A stretch of DNA of 64,000 nt from an uncultured Clostridium sp. (GTDB taxonomy: Bacteria > Bacillota > Clostridia > TANB77 > CAG-508): contig CAKNJR010000003.1 in the NCBI GenBank assembly GCA_930986425.1, positions 43,047 through 107,046 on the forward strand. Reading direction: 5' to 3'. Below the pieces are notes generated by a model. The model made no database searches and was not told the DNA's origin. It was given only the letters and a program-made list of their open reading frames with translations. Numbering within the stretch: the stretch's first letter is position 1; every line of letters begins with the position of its first letter. A program made the translations under genes and the position numbers. Shown one piece after another: positions 55,176-64,000 of this stretch.

Positions 55176-56099
55176 ATGAGAAGTGAAGAATTTTTTTATA
55201 ACTCAGTAGATAAAAAGACAAAAATTCATGCTATTTGTTGGTTGCCAGATGGAGAGACAAAAGGAATCATTCAAATAGCTCATGGAGTTACAGAATATAT
55301 TGAAAGATATAAAAGTTTTGCAGAGTATTTTACAAAAAAAGGTTATATCGTAATAGGAAATGACCACATAGGACATGGCAAATCAATTGCAGAAGGAAGT
55401 AAGCCAATGTATTTTGGCCCAGAAGGAAGCTGGAATTATGCAGTTCAAGATGTAAAAACTTGTATGGATATAGCTAAACAAAAATTTCCTAACTTACCAT
55501 ATATATTAATAGGATTTTCATTAGGCTCGTTCTTGGTTAGAACTCTTCTTATAGACAATTTAAATGAAAAAATAGATAAAGTTATATTAATTGGAACTGG
55601 ACAAATGTCAGAAATCCCAATTAAAATAGCGAAAATGATGGCAAATAGTGAAGCAAAGAAATACGGAGAAGAAAATTCAACTCCAAATATTCATAATCTT
55701 ACTTTTGGAACATATAATAAAATTTTTAAACCTAATCGTACAGAATATGACTGGCTTTGCGCAAATGAAGAAGCATTAGATGAATATATAAAAGATGAAA
55801 ACAGAGGAAGTGATTTTTCTGCTGGTCTTTTTAGAGAATTGCTGAATGGAATGCTTTATACAGGAAAAGTAAAAAATATAGAAAAAATGAAAAAAGATAC
55901 TCCAATTTTATTGCTATCTGGTGAGATGGACCCAGTAGGAGATTGTGGAAAAGGAGTAGAAATGACATTTAAAGCACTAAAAAAAGCAGGTGTTAATAAT
56001 GTTACAATTAAATTATATCCAGGTGATAGACATGATATACTCCATGAAAAGGATAAAGACAATATTTATCTAGATATTGAAAAATGGATAGAGAAATAA
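55176..56099 (+). CDS. Alpha/beta hydrolase (lysophospholipase-like)
   Basis: AHGVTEY, DHIGHG, GFSLGS, D.VG, RHDIL. Confidence 0.88.
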   Translation: MRSEEFFYNSVDKKTKIHAICWLPDGETKGIIQIAHGVTEYIERYKSFAEYFTKKGYIVIGNDHIGHGKSIAEGSKPMYFGPEGSWNYAVQDVKTCMDIAKQKFPNLPYILIGFSLGSFLVRTLLIDNLNEKIDKVILIGTGQMSEIPIKIAKMMANSEAKKYGEENSTPNIHNLTFGTYNKIFKPNRTEYDWLCANEEALDEYIKDENRGSDFSAGLFRELLNGMLYTGKVKNIEKMKKDTPILLLSGEMDPVGDCGKGVEMTFKALKKAGVNNVTIKLYPGDRHDILHEKDKDNIYLDIEKWIEK

Positions 56100-56269
56100 A
56101 AAACAAAACTAAAAGAACCCTAATTATTAGGCAAATGAGCTTAATAATTAAGGCTCATTTTTTATACAAAAATTTTTATAAAAAAATTAAAAATATTTTA
56201 AACTTTTTTACACACAATAATATCTAATAAAGTATAAAGCAAAAACAAAAGTTTAAAGAGGTACAAAAA

Positions 56270-57208
56270 ATGAATAACAAAAAAATCAAAAAGACAATTT
56301 TTATAATAATATTAGTAATTATCATATCATTAATAATATTTACCATTTACTCAATTGCAAATAGTAATAAAGAAAAAAAACCGAATTCGGAATCAAATCA
56401 AAATATAATAAATGAAATAGAAAATTTAGCACAAGAAGTAAATGAAACAAATAACACACAAATTAATGAAACAGCAAACGAAATATTAAACAATACTTCA
56501 AACAATACCGTAGAAACAAATGTAATAGAAGACACAAGCCAAGATGAAAGTAATAATCAACCAGCTAAAGAAAACCCACTAGATAGCAATGCAAATCAAG
56601 GAAGCTCAGAAAGTAATAATAGTGATGTTAGTGTAAATACTGGCGAATTTGATAGCACAGTGGCATTTATAGGTGATTCAAGAACACAAGGGTTAATAAT
56701 GTATAATGGCTTAAAATATGTGCAGGATTATTCATATATAGGATTGATGGTTGATACAGCAGTTACTAAAAAATTTGTAAAAACAGATAATGGCAATAAA
56801 ATTACATTATTAGAAGATATGAAAAACAAAAATATAAAGAAAGTATATATCATGCTGGGCGTAAATGAACTTGGCTGGTCATATCCGCAAGTATTCAAAG
56901 TAAAATATGGTGAATTAATAGATGAAATTAGAAAAGTCAAACCAGACTGCCAAATATATTTGCAATCTATAATACCTGTTACTAAGAGCAAAAACAATTC
57001 AGATAGCATATACAACAATACCAACATTGCAAAATTCAATGAATATATTAAGCAAGTTGCAAACGAAAAAGGAGTTCATTATTTAGATGTTAAATCTGTA
57101 TTAGTGGACAGTGAAGGAAATTTGCCGGAAAATGCAAGCACGGATGGTATACATGTAGGAAAAACATATTGTCAAAAATGGCTTAAATATTTAGAAGATA
57201 ACTCATAG
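56270..57208 (+). CDS. SGNH/GDSL family esterase/acetyltransferase, membrane anchored
   Basis: FIGDSR, LGVNE, DGIH. Confidence 0.85.
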   Translation: MNNKKIKKTIFIIILVIIISLIIFTIYSIANSNKEKKPNSESNQNIINEIENLAQEVNETNNTQINETANEILNNTSNNTVETNVIEDTSQDESNNQPAKENPLDSNANQGSSESNNSDVSVNTGEFDSTVAFIGDSRTQGLIMYNGLKYVQDYSYIGLMVDTAVTKKFVKTDNGNKITLLEDMKNKNIKKVYIMLGVNELGWSYPQVFKVKYGELIDEIRKVKPDCQIYLQSIIPVTKSKNNSDSIYNNTNIAKFNEYIKQVANEKGVHYLDVKSVLVDSEGNLPENASTDGIHVGKTYCQKWLKYLEDNS

Positions 57209-57343
57209 AAGTAAAGATAATAATTAAAAAATGCCATAAAGAGCAGATTATAATCAAAAAATTACAAATAATATTGTAATAAAATAAATAAAATTAAGTA
57301 TTGACTAAAGGAGGAAAGTATATATAATATATACGGAATTAAT

Positions 57344-57823
57344 ATGAAAAAATATGTAGGAATAATAGTAATCATAGCAATATTTGCAATTTTAATAGTT
57401 TGTACAATAGTGAGAAGAAATCTAAATGATGATATACAAATAAATGTAGATGAATTAGCAGATAGAATAGCAAGTAGCAGTAGTTTTGAAGATGAACTGG
57501 CAAAAATAGATGACGAACTTGCAATTGAATTGTATGGCTTCGAAGCAAATAGGATAGAAGAGATTGTATCATATCAAGGAAGTGGAGCATCTAGCGAAGA
57601 AATACTTGTATTAAAAGTAAAAGATGTAAACGACATTAATAATGCAAAGAAAAAAATTGAAACAAGACTAAAAGAAAGAGAAGAAGCTTTCGCAAGCTAT
57701 TTGCCAAAAGAAGTAAGCAAAATTCAAAATCATATTTTAGAAGAAAAGGGAAACTATATAATTTTGTGCATATGCAATGATTACAATACAGTAAATAAAG
57801 TAATAAAAGATTTCCTAGGATAG
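57344..57823 (+). CDS. DUF4358-like protein
   Basis: N-terminal TM; EILVLK...FASYLPKE...GNYIIL; context with MBOAT/DHHW. Confidence 0.65.
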   Translation: MKKYVGIIVIIAIFAILIVCTIVRRNLNDDIQINVDELADRIASSSSFEDELAKIDDELAIELYGFEANRIEEIVSYQGSGASSEEILVLKVKDVNDINNAKKKIETRLKEREEAFASYLPKEVSKIQNHILEEKGNYIILCICNDYNTVNKVIKDFLG

Positions 57824-57834
57824 GAGCATAATAA

Positions 57835-58332
57835 ATGGCAGCAGTAGCTCAAGAAATACTAATTGAATATATAAAAGAAAATCAAGATAAACTATACAAA
57901 ATAGCATATACATACACTAAAGATAAAGATTTGTCATTGGATGTTGTTCAAGAATCAATTACAAAAGCCTTAGAACATATAGGCTCATTAAAACACGAAG
58001 AATATGTAAAAACATGGTTTTATAGAATACTTATTAATGAATCAATAAAATCTTCAAGAAAAAATAAAAAGCTAGAAGAATACGAACTGTTAGATAATGT
58101 AGCAACTGATAAAAAATATGATGAGGAACTGATTGAAAGCATTGACATATACAAAAATATACAAAAGCTAAATGAAAAATTAAAAACAGTTATAATACTT
58201 AGATTTTTTGAGAATTTAAAAATTGAAGAAATTGCATATATTACAAAAACAAATGTAAGCACTGTAAAATCTAGGCTTTATAAGGGGATGGAAGAATTAA
58301 AAAAGAGTTTAGAAAGGAGTGATTGTATATGA
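57835..58332 (+). CDS. sigV: ECF sigma factor (SigV-like)
   Basis: LYKIAYTY, TWFYRILIN, TVKSRLY; adjacent to rsiV. Confidence 0.75.
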   Translation: MAAVAQEILIEYIKENQDKLYKIAYTYTKDKDLSLDVVQESITKALEHIGSLKHEEYVKTWFYRILINESIKSSRKNKKLEEYELLDNVATDKKYDEELIESIDIYKNIQKLNEKLKTVIILRFFENLKIEEIAYITKTNVSTVKSRLYKGMEELKKSLERSDCI

Positions 58333-59264
58333 GTATATTTGAAAAAGCCAAAATGGCTTATGATTCAATAGAAGTTCCGCGAGAATTGGAAGATACTGTT
58401 AATAGAACAATTCTAGATAGCAATGTGGTTCAAAAAAGAAATGCAGTTAAGCAAAATAGAGTAATTAAAGGTAATAAAGTATTCAAAAATGCAACTAGAG
58501 CAAATAGACCTTTGATTGTTTTTAGAAGTTTTGCTTTGGCGCTTATTGCTACATTTGCTTTATTTGTAGTATTACTCAATACAAATGAAAGTTTTGCAAA
58601 AGCTATGCAAGATATCCCAGCAATAGCAGGAATAGCAAAAGTATTTACTGTTAGGGAATATAAAGAAGAAAATGAGACAGATTTAATAGATGTTAAAATT
58701 CCGGCTATACAAAATACGGGAAATTCAGATTTGGAAAGTAGAATAAATTATGAGATTTCTTCAAAAATAAATGATGTTATTGAAGAAGCAAGAACTAGAG
58801 CAGAGGAATATAAAAATGCAGTACTTGCAACAGGTGGAACAATGGACGACTATATTCCTACAAGAATAAACATTGATTATAAAATAACATATCAAGACGA
58901 TAATTTCATATCTTTTGTAATAACAAAGAGTGAAAGTCAAGCTTCAGCATACCAAGAACAATATTTTTACAACATAGATATTCAAAATGGAAAAGAATTA
59001 AATTTAAAAGATGTTTTAGGTGCAGATTATAAGCAAATAGTAGATGAAAGCGTTGAAAAGCAAATAAAAGAAAGAATGGAAAGCAATTCAAACAATATGT
59101 ATTTTACGAAAGAAGAAGGCGGATTTTCGGGAATTGAAAACGAATATCAAGACTTTTATATAAACGAAAACAAAAAAGCAGTAATTGTTTTCCAAAAGTA
59201 CGAAATTGCACCGGGATATATGGGGATTCAGAACTTTGAAATTCCTAATGAGTTAATTATTTAA
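58329..59264 (+). CDS. rsiV: Anti-sigma factor RsiV-like (DUF3298)
   Basis: TM then FAKAMQDIP..IAKVFTVREY; FYIN...FQKYEIAPGYMG. Confidence 0.75.
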   Translation: MSIFEKAKMAYDSIEVPRELEDTVNRTILDSNVVQKRNAVKQNRVIKGNKVFKNATRANRPLIVFRSFALALIATFALFVVLLNTNESFAKAMQDIPAIAGIAKVFTVREYKEENETDLIDVKIPAIQNTGNSDLESRINYEISSKINDVIEEARTRAEEYKNAVLATGGTMDDYIPTRINIDYKITYQDDNFISFVITKSESQASAYQEQYFYNIDIQNGKELNLKDVLGADYKQIVDESVEKQIKERMESNSNNMYFTKEEGGFSGIENEYQDFYINENKKAVIVFQKYEIAPGYMGIQNFEIPNELII

Positions 59265-59412
59265 ATATAAAATAGTAATTGCTTTTAGATTTGAAAATTA
59301 AAATATTAATTGTTTTTTTGATTTAAAAATTAAAATTTAATATTTAAAAAGCTTAAGGTTTATGGATAACCCAAAATCCAAATATAACAAGGAGAAATTA
59401 GACACAAAAGAA

Positions 59413-60958
59413 ATGGTTTTTAGTAGCATAGTATTTTTATATATTTTTCTACCATTAATGCTTTTAATATATTTTATAGTACCAAAAAAATTCAAAAATC
59501 TAGTAATGATAATAGCAAGTTTCATATTCTTTGCATGGGGAGAAATTAGATATATTCCCATTATGCTACTTCTTGCTGTAATGGACTATTGGTGCGGAAA
59601 TAAAATCAATCAAAATTGGGAAAACAAAAAGGCTAAAAGAAAATATCTGATGATTGATATAACTGTAAATTTACTGATTTTGTTTTTCTTCAAATACGCA
59701 GATTTTATTATATCAAGTATTAATGGATTGTTTAGAATAAATATTCCACTACTTAATATACCTCTACCAATTGGTGTATCATTTAATACATTCCAGTCAT
59801 TATCATATATTATAGATGTATATAGAGGAACAGTAAAATGTGAAAAAAGTTTTTACAACTATTTAACATACACAACATTGTTCCCTCAAATAATAGCTGG
59901 ACCAATTGTAAGGTATGAAACAGTAGATGAAGAATTAGTAGATAAAAAAATCAGTATGGACAACTTCTCGTGCGGGATGAGAAGATTTATAGTTGGACTT
60001 GGAAAAAAAGTATTAATTGCTAATAATGTAGGGGTTTTGTGGAACGTTATTGAAAACGGAAATTTTAATGAGATGAGCAGCGTTCTAGCATGGCTTGGAA
60101 TAATCTCATTTGCTTTACAAATATATTTTGATTTTAGTGGGTATTCAGATATGGCAATAGGACTTGCTAAAATCTTTGGTATGGATTTTGATGAGAACTT
60201 TAATTATCCATATATAAGTAAAACTATTACAGAATTTTGGAGAAGATGGCATATAACTTTAAGCAGTTGGTTTAAAGATTACATCTATATACCACTTGGA
60301 GGAAATAGAAAAGGTTTAGCTAAACAAATTAGAAATATTCTAATAGTTTGGACACTTACACGGTGCCTGGCATGGAGCCTCATGGAACTTCGTTTTGTGG
60401 GGATTGTATTTTGGAATAATACTAATTATAGAAAAATTATTTCTGCTTAAAATAATAGCTAAAGCACAAGAAAAGATTTCAAAATTGGAAAAAAATAATA
60501 AAGCTCTAGGAAAAATTTTAAGCATTATTTTGAGCGCATTTTCTCACATATATGCAATGTTTTTAGTTTTAATAGGATGGGTTATATTTGCATTTGAAGA
60601 TTTAAGTAAAGTAGGAGCGTACTTAAGTTCAATGTTCGGATTGAACAATGTAAGCTTTGTCAATTCAGAAGCAATATATTACTTGCAAAATTATTTTATC
60701 ATAATTATTGTTGGAATAATTTGTTCAATACCACTTAAAAATATTGCTCTAGAAATAGTTGAAAAGATAAAGAAGATTAAAGCCGAAAAAACTAATGACA
60801 CAGCAAATATAGCAACAGTAGTAAATAGCGAAGAAGAAATAAAGAAAAATAAATGGACAGGTGTAATTACTGGAGTTTTATGTGTTGGAATTTTAATTAT
60901 TAGTACAGCAAGCTTAGTAAATAATAGCTTTAATCCATTTTTGTATTTTAGATTTTAA
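59413..60958 (+). CDS. MBOAT O-acyltransferase (AlgI/PatA-like), split by a +1 frameshift at CGG 60361
   Basis: MVFSS, LPIGVSF, DFSGYSDMAIG, FWRRWHITL, then WTLT|C-GGT GCC TGG CAT GGA = GAWHGASWNF. Confidence 0.88.
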
Positions 60959-61025
60959 AACTATGAAAATTTAGTAAAAGGCTTTTTGCAAAAAGCCATA
61001 AAATAATTTTAATAAAGGATAAAAA

Positions 61026-62156
61026 ATGAAAAATAAGATATTCTTTCTAATATTTGTAACAGTATGGGTAATCATAGTAATACTAAATTTTGTATTACCA
61101 AAAAGCGATTTCTCAGAACAAGAAAATAGAATGTATGCTACAATACCAAGATTTTCATTTAAAAGTTTTGTAAATGGAGAATACTTGGATGGTGTTAATG
61201 ACTATGTAAATGACCACTTTGCTTTTAGAGATACATTCTTAAAAATAAACTCTTGGTGGGAAATAAATGTACTTGGTAAAAAAGAGATTAATGACGTATA
61301 TGTAGGACAGGACTCATATTTGTTTGAAAAATTTGAATTTGGTGAAGAAGAAAAAACAACATTAAATAGCAATACTAAAATAATATCCGATTTTGCACAA
61401 AAAATGAATGAGCAAAATATAAAAACATATTTCATACTTGTGCCTAATTCTATTTATATAAATAGCGATAAATTGCCAGAAAATGTGCAAGCTCCAAATC
61501 AAGAAGAGATAATTAACATTGCATATAGCAATACGAAAAATACAGTTAATGTAGATGTAGAAAAATCTTTATTAACTGAAAATAAAAATCAGCAATTGTA
61601 CTTTAAAACAGACCATCATATGAATAGTGATGGAGCATATGTGGTATACAAAGAGTTTTGCAAATCTGCAAATATAGAAGCAGTAACAACAACTGATTTT
61701 AATAAAGTAAAAGTAACAAGTGATTTCTTAGGAACTTTTGATTCAAAAGCACAAATATGGAATCAAGAACCAGATGAAATCTATGTATATCAAAATGAAA
61801 ACAATATGAATATAAAAGAAGCAATTTATGATACTCAAAACACACAAAGTATATTTAATGAAGAATTTTTATTAACCAAAGACAAATATTCATATTTCCT
61901 AAATGGAAATAACAGTAGAGCGATTATAAAAACAAATGTGAATAATGATAGAAAATTATTAGTAGTGAAAGATTCATATGCACATATAATGTCACAATTT
62001 TTATGCCAAAATTATTCAGAAGTTCACTTTTTAGACCCAAGATATACTGCATTTGATTATGAACAATATGCAAAGGAAAATGGCATTACAGATGTATTAT
62101 TTTTATATAATGTGTCAAATTTTGTAGAAGATAATAATTTGAGGAAAATTAGTTGA
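61026..62156 (+). CDS. DHHW / AlgJ-like O-acetyltransferase partner
   Basis: SEQENR, YFKTDHHM, KDSYA, DPRY. Confidence 0.85.
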   Translation: MKNKIFFLIFVTVWVIIVILNFVLPKSDFSEQENRMYATIPRFSFKSFVNGEYLDGVNDYVNDHFAFRDTFLKINSWWEINVLGKKEINDVYVGQDSYLFEKFEFGEEEKTTLNSNTKIISDFAQKMNEQNIKTYFILVPNSIYINSDKLPENVQAPNQEEIINIAYSNTKNTVNVDVEKSLLTENKNQQLYFKTDHHMNSDGAYVVYKEFCKSANIEAVTTTDFNKVKVTSDFLGTFDSKAQIWNQEPDEIYVYQNENNMNIKEAIYDTQNTQSIFNEEFLLTKDKYSYFLNGNNSRAIIKTNVNNDRKLLVVKDSYAHIMSQFLCQNYSEVHFLDPRYTAFDYEQYAKENGITDVLFLYNVSNFVEDNNLRKIS

Positions 62157-62289
62157 AATCGCAAAAGTAAATATTTTAAATATTTCTTTCCCTCACAAGA
62201 GGGTTCTTTTTCTTTTGCAAATTAGCGAAAAACTATTGACTTGTATGAGCAAAGATTTTATAATGATATTTAGTTAATAAAAATAAAAA

Positions 62290-63129
62290 GTGGAGGTGAA
62301 ATTATTGAAAGATATTGATAAAAATAGTGCGTCATTTGAAGAAATAAAACATATTGATGAAAACGGTATTGAATTTTGGTATGCAAGGGAACTTATGCCT
62401 GTTTTACAATACTCAAATTGGCAAAACTTCGAAAAGATAATTAAAAAATCTAAAATATCATGCCAAAATAGTGATATTAGCGTATTTGAACATTTTATTG
62501 ACGTCAATAAGTTGTCGAAACGTGCCAATAATGCAGAAGTTGAGATTAACGACTACAAACTAACTCGTTATGCTTGTTACTTAATAGCACAAAATGGAGA
62601 TAGTAGAAAAAGAGTCATTGCTCTTGCACAAACATATTTCGCAGTTCAAACTAGAAAGCAAGAAATTAGTGAAAACGAATACCGTTTGCTAACAGAAGAT
62701 GAAAAAAGATTTTATCAAAGAGATTTAACTAGAAAAGGCAATTATTCACTTAATCAAACTGCCAAAAAGGCAGGTGTTAAAAATTTTGATAAATTTCACA
62801 ATAGCGGTTATAAAGGTTTATACAATGGAGAAACTGCTGATGACATTGCTAAAAGAAAAGGACTAAGATATAGAGAAGATATTTTAGACAATATGGGAAG
62901 TGAAGAACTTGCAGCCAACTTATTCCGTATTACACAGACTGAGTCAAGATTAAAAAAGGATAATATACATACTGAAATAGAGGCCAATAAAACTCATTAT
63001 AATATTGGAAAAAATATAAGAGAAGTAATTGCTAAAAATGGAGGAACTATGCCAGAAGAATTACCAACGCCTGAGAAAAGTTTAAAGCAATTAGAAAAAG
63101 AAAACATTAGAAGTTTAAAGCAAAAATAG
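62290..63129 (+). CDS. dinD: DinD / BRO-like protein, copy 2 (intact)
   Basis: Same motifs as copy 1; ends GGTMPEELPTPEKSLKQLE. Confidence 0.88.
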   Translation: MEVKLLKDIDKNSASFEEIKHIDENGIEFWYARELMPVLQYSNWQNFEKIIKKSKISCQNSDISVFEHFIDVNKLSKRANNAEVEINDYKLTRYACYLIAQNGDSRKRVIALAQTYFAVQTRKQEISENEYRLLTEDEKRFYQRDLTRKGNYSLNQTAKKAGVKNFDKFHNSGYKGLYNGETADDIAKRKGLRYREDILDNMGSEELAANLFRITQTESRLKKDNIHTEIEANKTHYNIGKNIREVIAKNGGTMPEELPTPEKSLKQLEKENIRSLKQK

Positions 63130-63286
63130 AATTAAAAAATTAAAAAAATTTTCACCTTTAAATTACAAAATTGTAAAAAATTAAAATTTAAAATTGCGAA
63201 ATTTATAAATAAAAAAAATAAAAAAGGAAAAAATAAAAAATGAAAAGTCATATTTGACTTAAAAAAATATTAGGAGGTGAAAATTT

Positions 63287-64000
63287 ATGAAAAATTCAAT
63301 CAAAATAACAGCTATTTTTGCTGCAATACTTGCAATATTATTTATAGTTCCAAATGCAAGTAAAGCTACAACAAGAGAAGTTACAGATGAAAGTACTTTA
63401 ATAAGTGAAATAAATTCTGCGGATCCAGGAGACACAATATCTATTCAAAACAACATTACTATTACACAACCAATAGTAATAGCAAAAGAACTTATTATTG
63501 AAGGAAATGGGTATACATTAACTGGTAGCGAAGGATGGACATCTACATCAGGAAACCAAACAATGTTTACAGCTCAATTATCTGATGCAAAATTAACTTT
63601 AAGAAATATCAACTTAGTCAGAGGACCTAAATATGGTGTTCAATCATATGATGGCGCTACTGTAATATTAGATAATGTTAATATAACAGATTTCAAATAC
63701 GGTGGTGTATTAGTTAATGGTGGTAAACTTGAAGTAAGAGATTTACACTTAGGACGTAATGGTACAGGTGCAAATAATGGTATAGAAATAGACAAAGGTG
63801 CAGCTGCTACAAATAATCCTACACTTGTAATGAATGGTGTGTTAAAAAGTGATGTAACTGAAAACATAGTTAGAGTAGCAGACAATGGTAATTTAAAAGA
63901 CTTTACAATTGAAAATGCTGAAGGTACAACTAACAAGGTATTTGTTACTGGTGAAGCAGTAGTTTTTACTGATGAATATAACAACGTTATTTCAGAAACT
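63287..64000 (+). CDS. Secreted beta-helix-like surface protein (3' truncated by window; not in ORF track)
   Basis: AGGAGG SD, signal peptide MKNSIKITAIFAAILAILFIVPNASKA, frame open to the window end. Confidence 0.75.
   Translation, partial: MKNSIKITAIFAAILAILFIVPNASKATTREVTDESTLISEINSADPGDTISIQNNITITQPIVIAKELIIEGNGYTLTGSEGWTSTSGNQTMFTAQLSDAKLTLRNINLVRGPKYGVQSYDGATVILDNVNITDFKYGGVLVNGGKLEVRDLHLGRNGTGANNGIEIDKGAAATNNPTLVMNGVLKSDVTENIVRVADNGNLKDFTIENAEGTTNKVFVTGEAVVFTDEYNNVISET

Overview
Low-GC Clostridia-type (spore-forming Bacillota) chromosomal window. Core genes: hemW/hemN (5' partial), rplU, rpmA, U32 peptidase, TIGR01212 radical SAM, glgP, pyk, cotJABC, ppaC, TetR plus ABC exporter pair, Ppx/GppA family, mutL, sufC/sufBD/sufS/sufU, a P-type ATPase under a yybP-ykoY riboswitch, and a sigV/rsiV O-acetylation cluster. 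There are three tRNAs and a ~7.9-kb serine-recombinase/MobV element integrated at tRNA-Leu(CAA). The most striking signal is that all three demonstrable frameshifts in conserved genes (cotJC, dinD copy 1, MBOAT) occur at an in-frame CGG codon, and skipping the C restores a Gly codon and the conserved frame. A fourth candidate lies at the end of an ABC gene. This suggests +1 recoding or C-GGN four-base reading at CGG, or else a systematic sequencing artefact. Other highlights: a type IV pilin-like protein with a DGR-type variable region but no local RT/TR; a radical SAM + aGPT-Pplase-like + HNH/ParB-like cluster beside tRNA-Thr; a miniature end+oriT relic at tRNA-Leu(TAG); a hairpin insertion between an SD and its start codon; and covarying coding palindromes in two dinD paralogs. 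All calls are from reading the sequence by eye; no searches were run.
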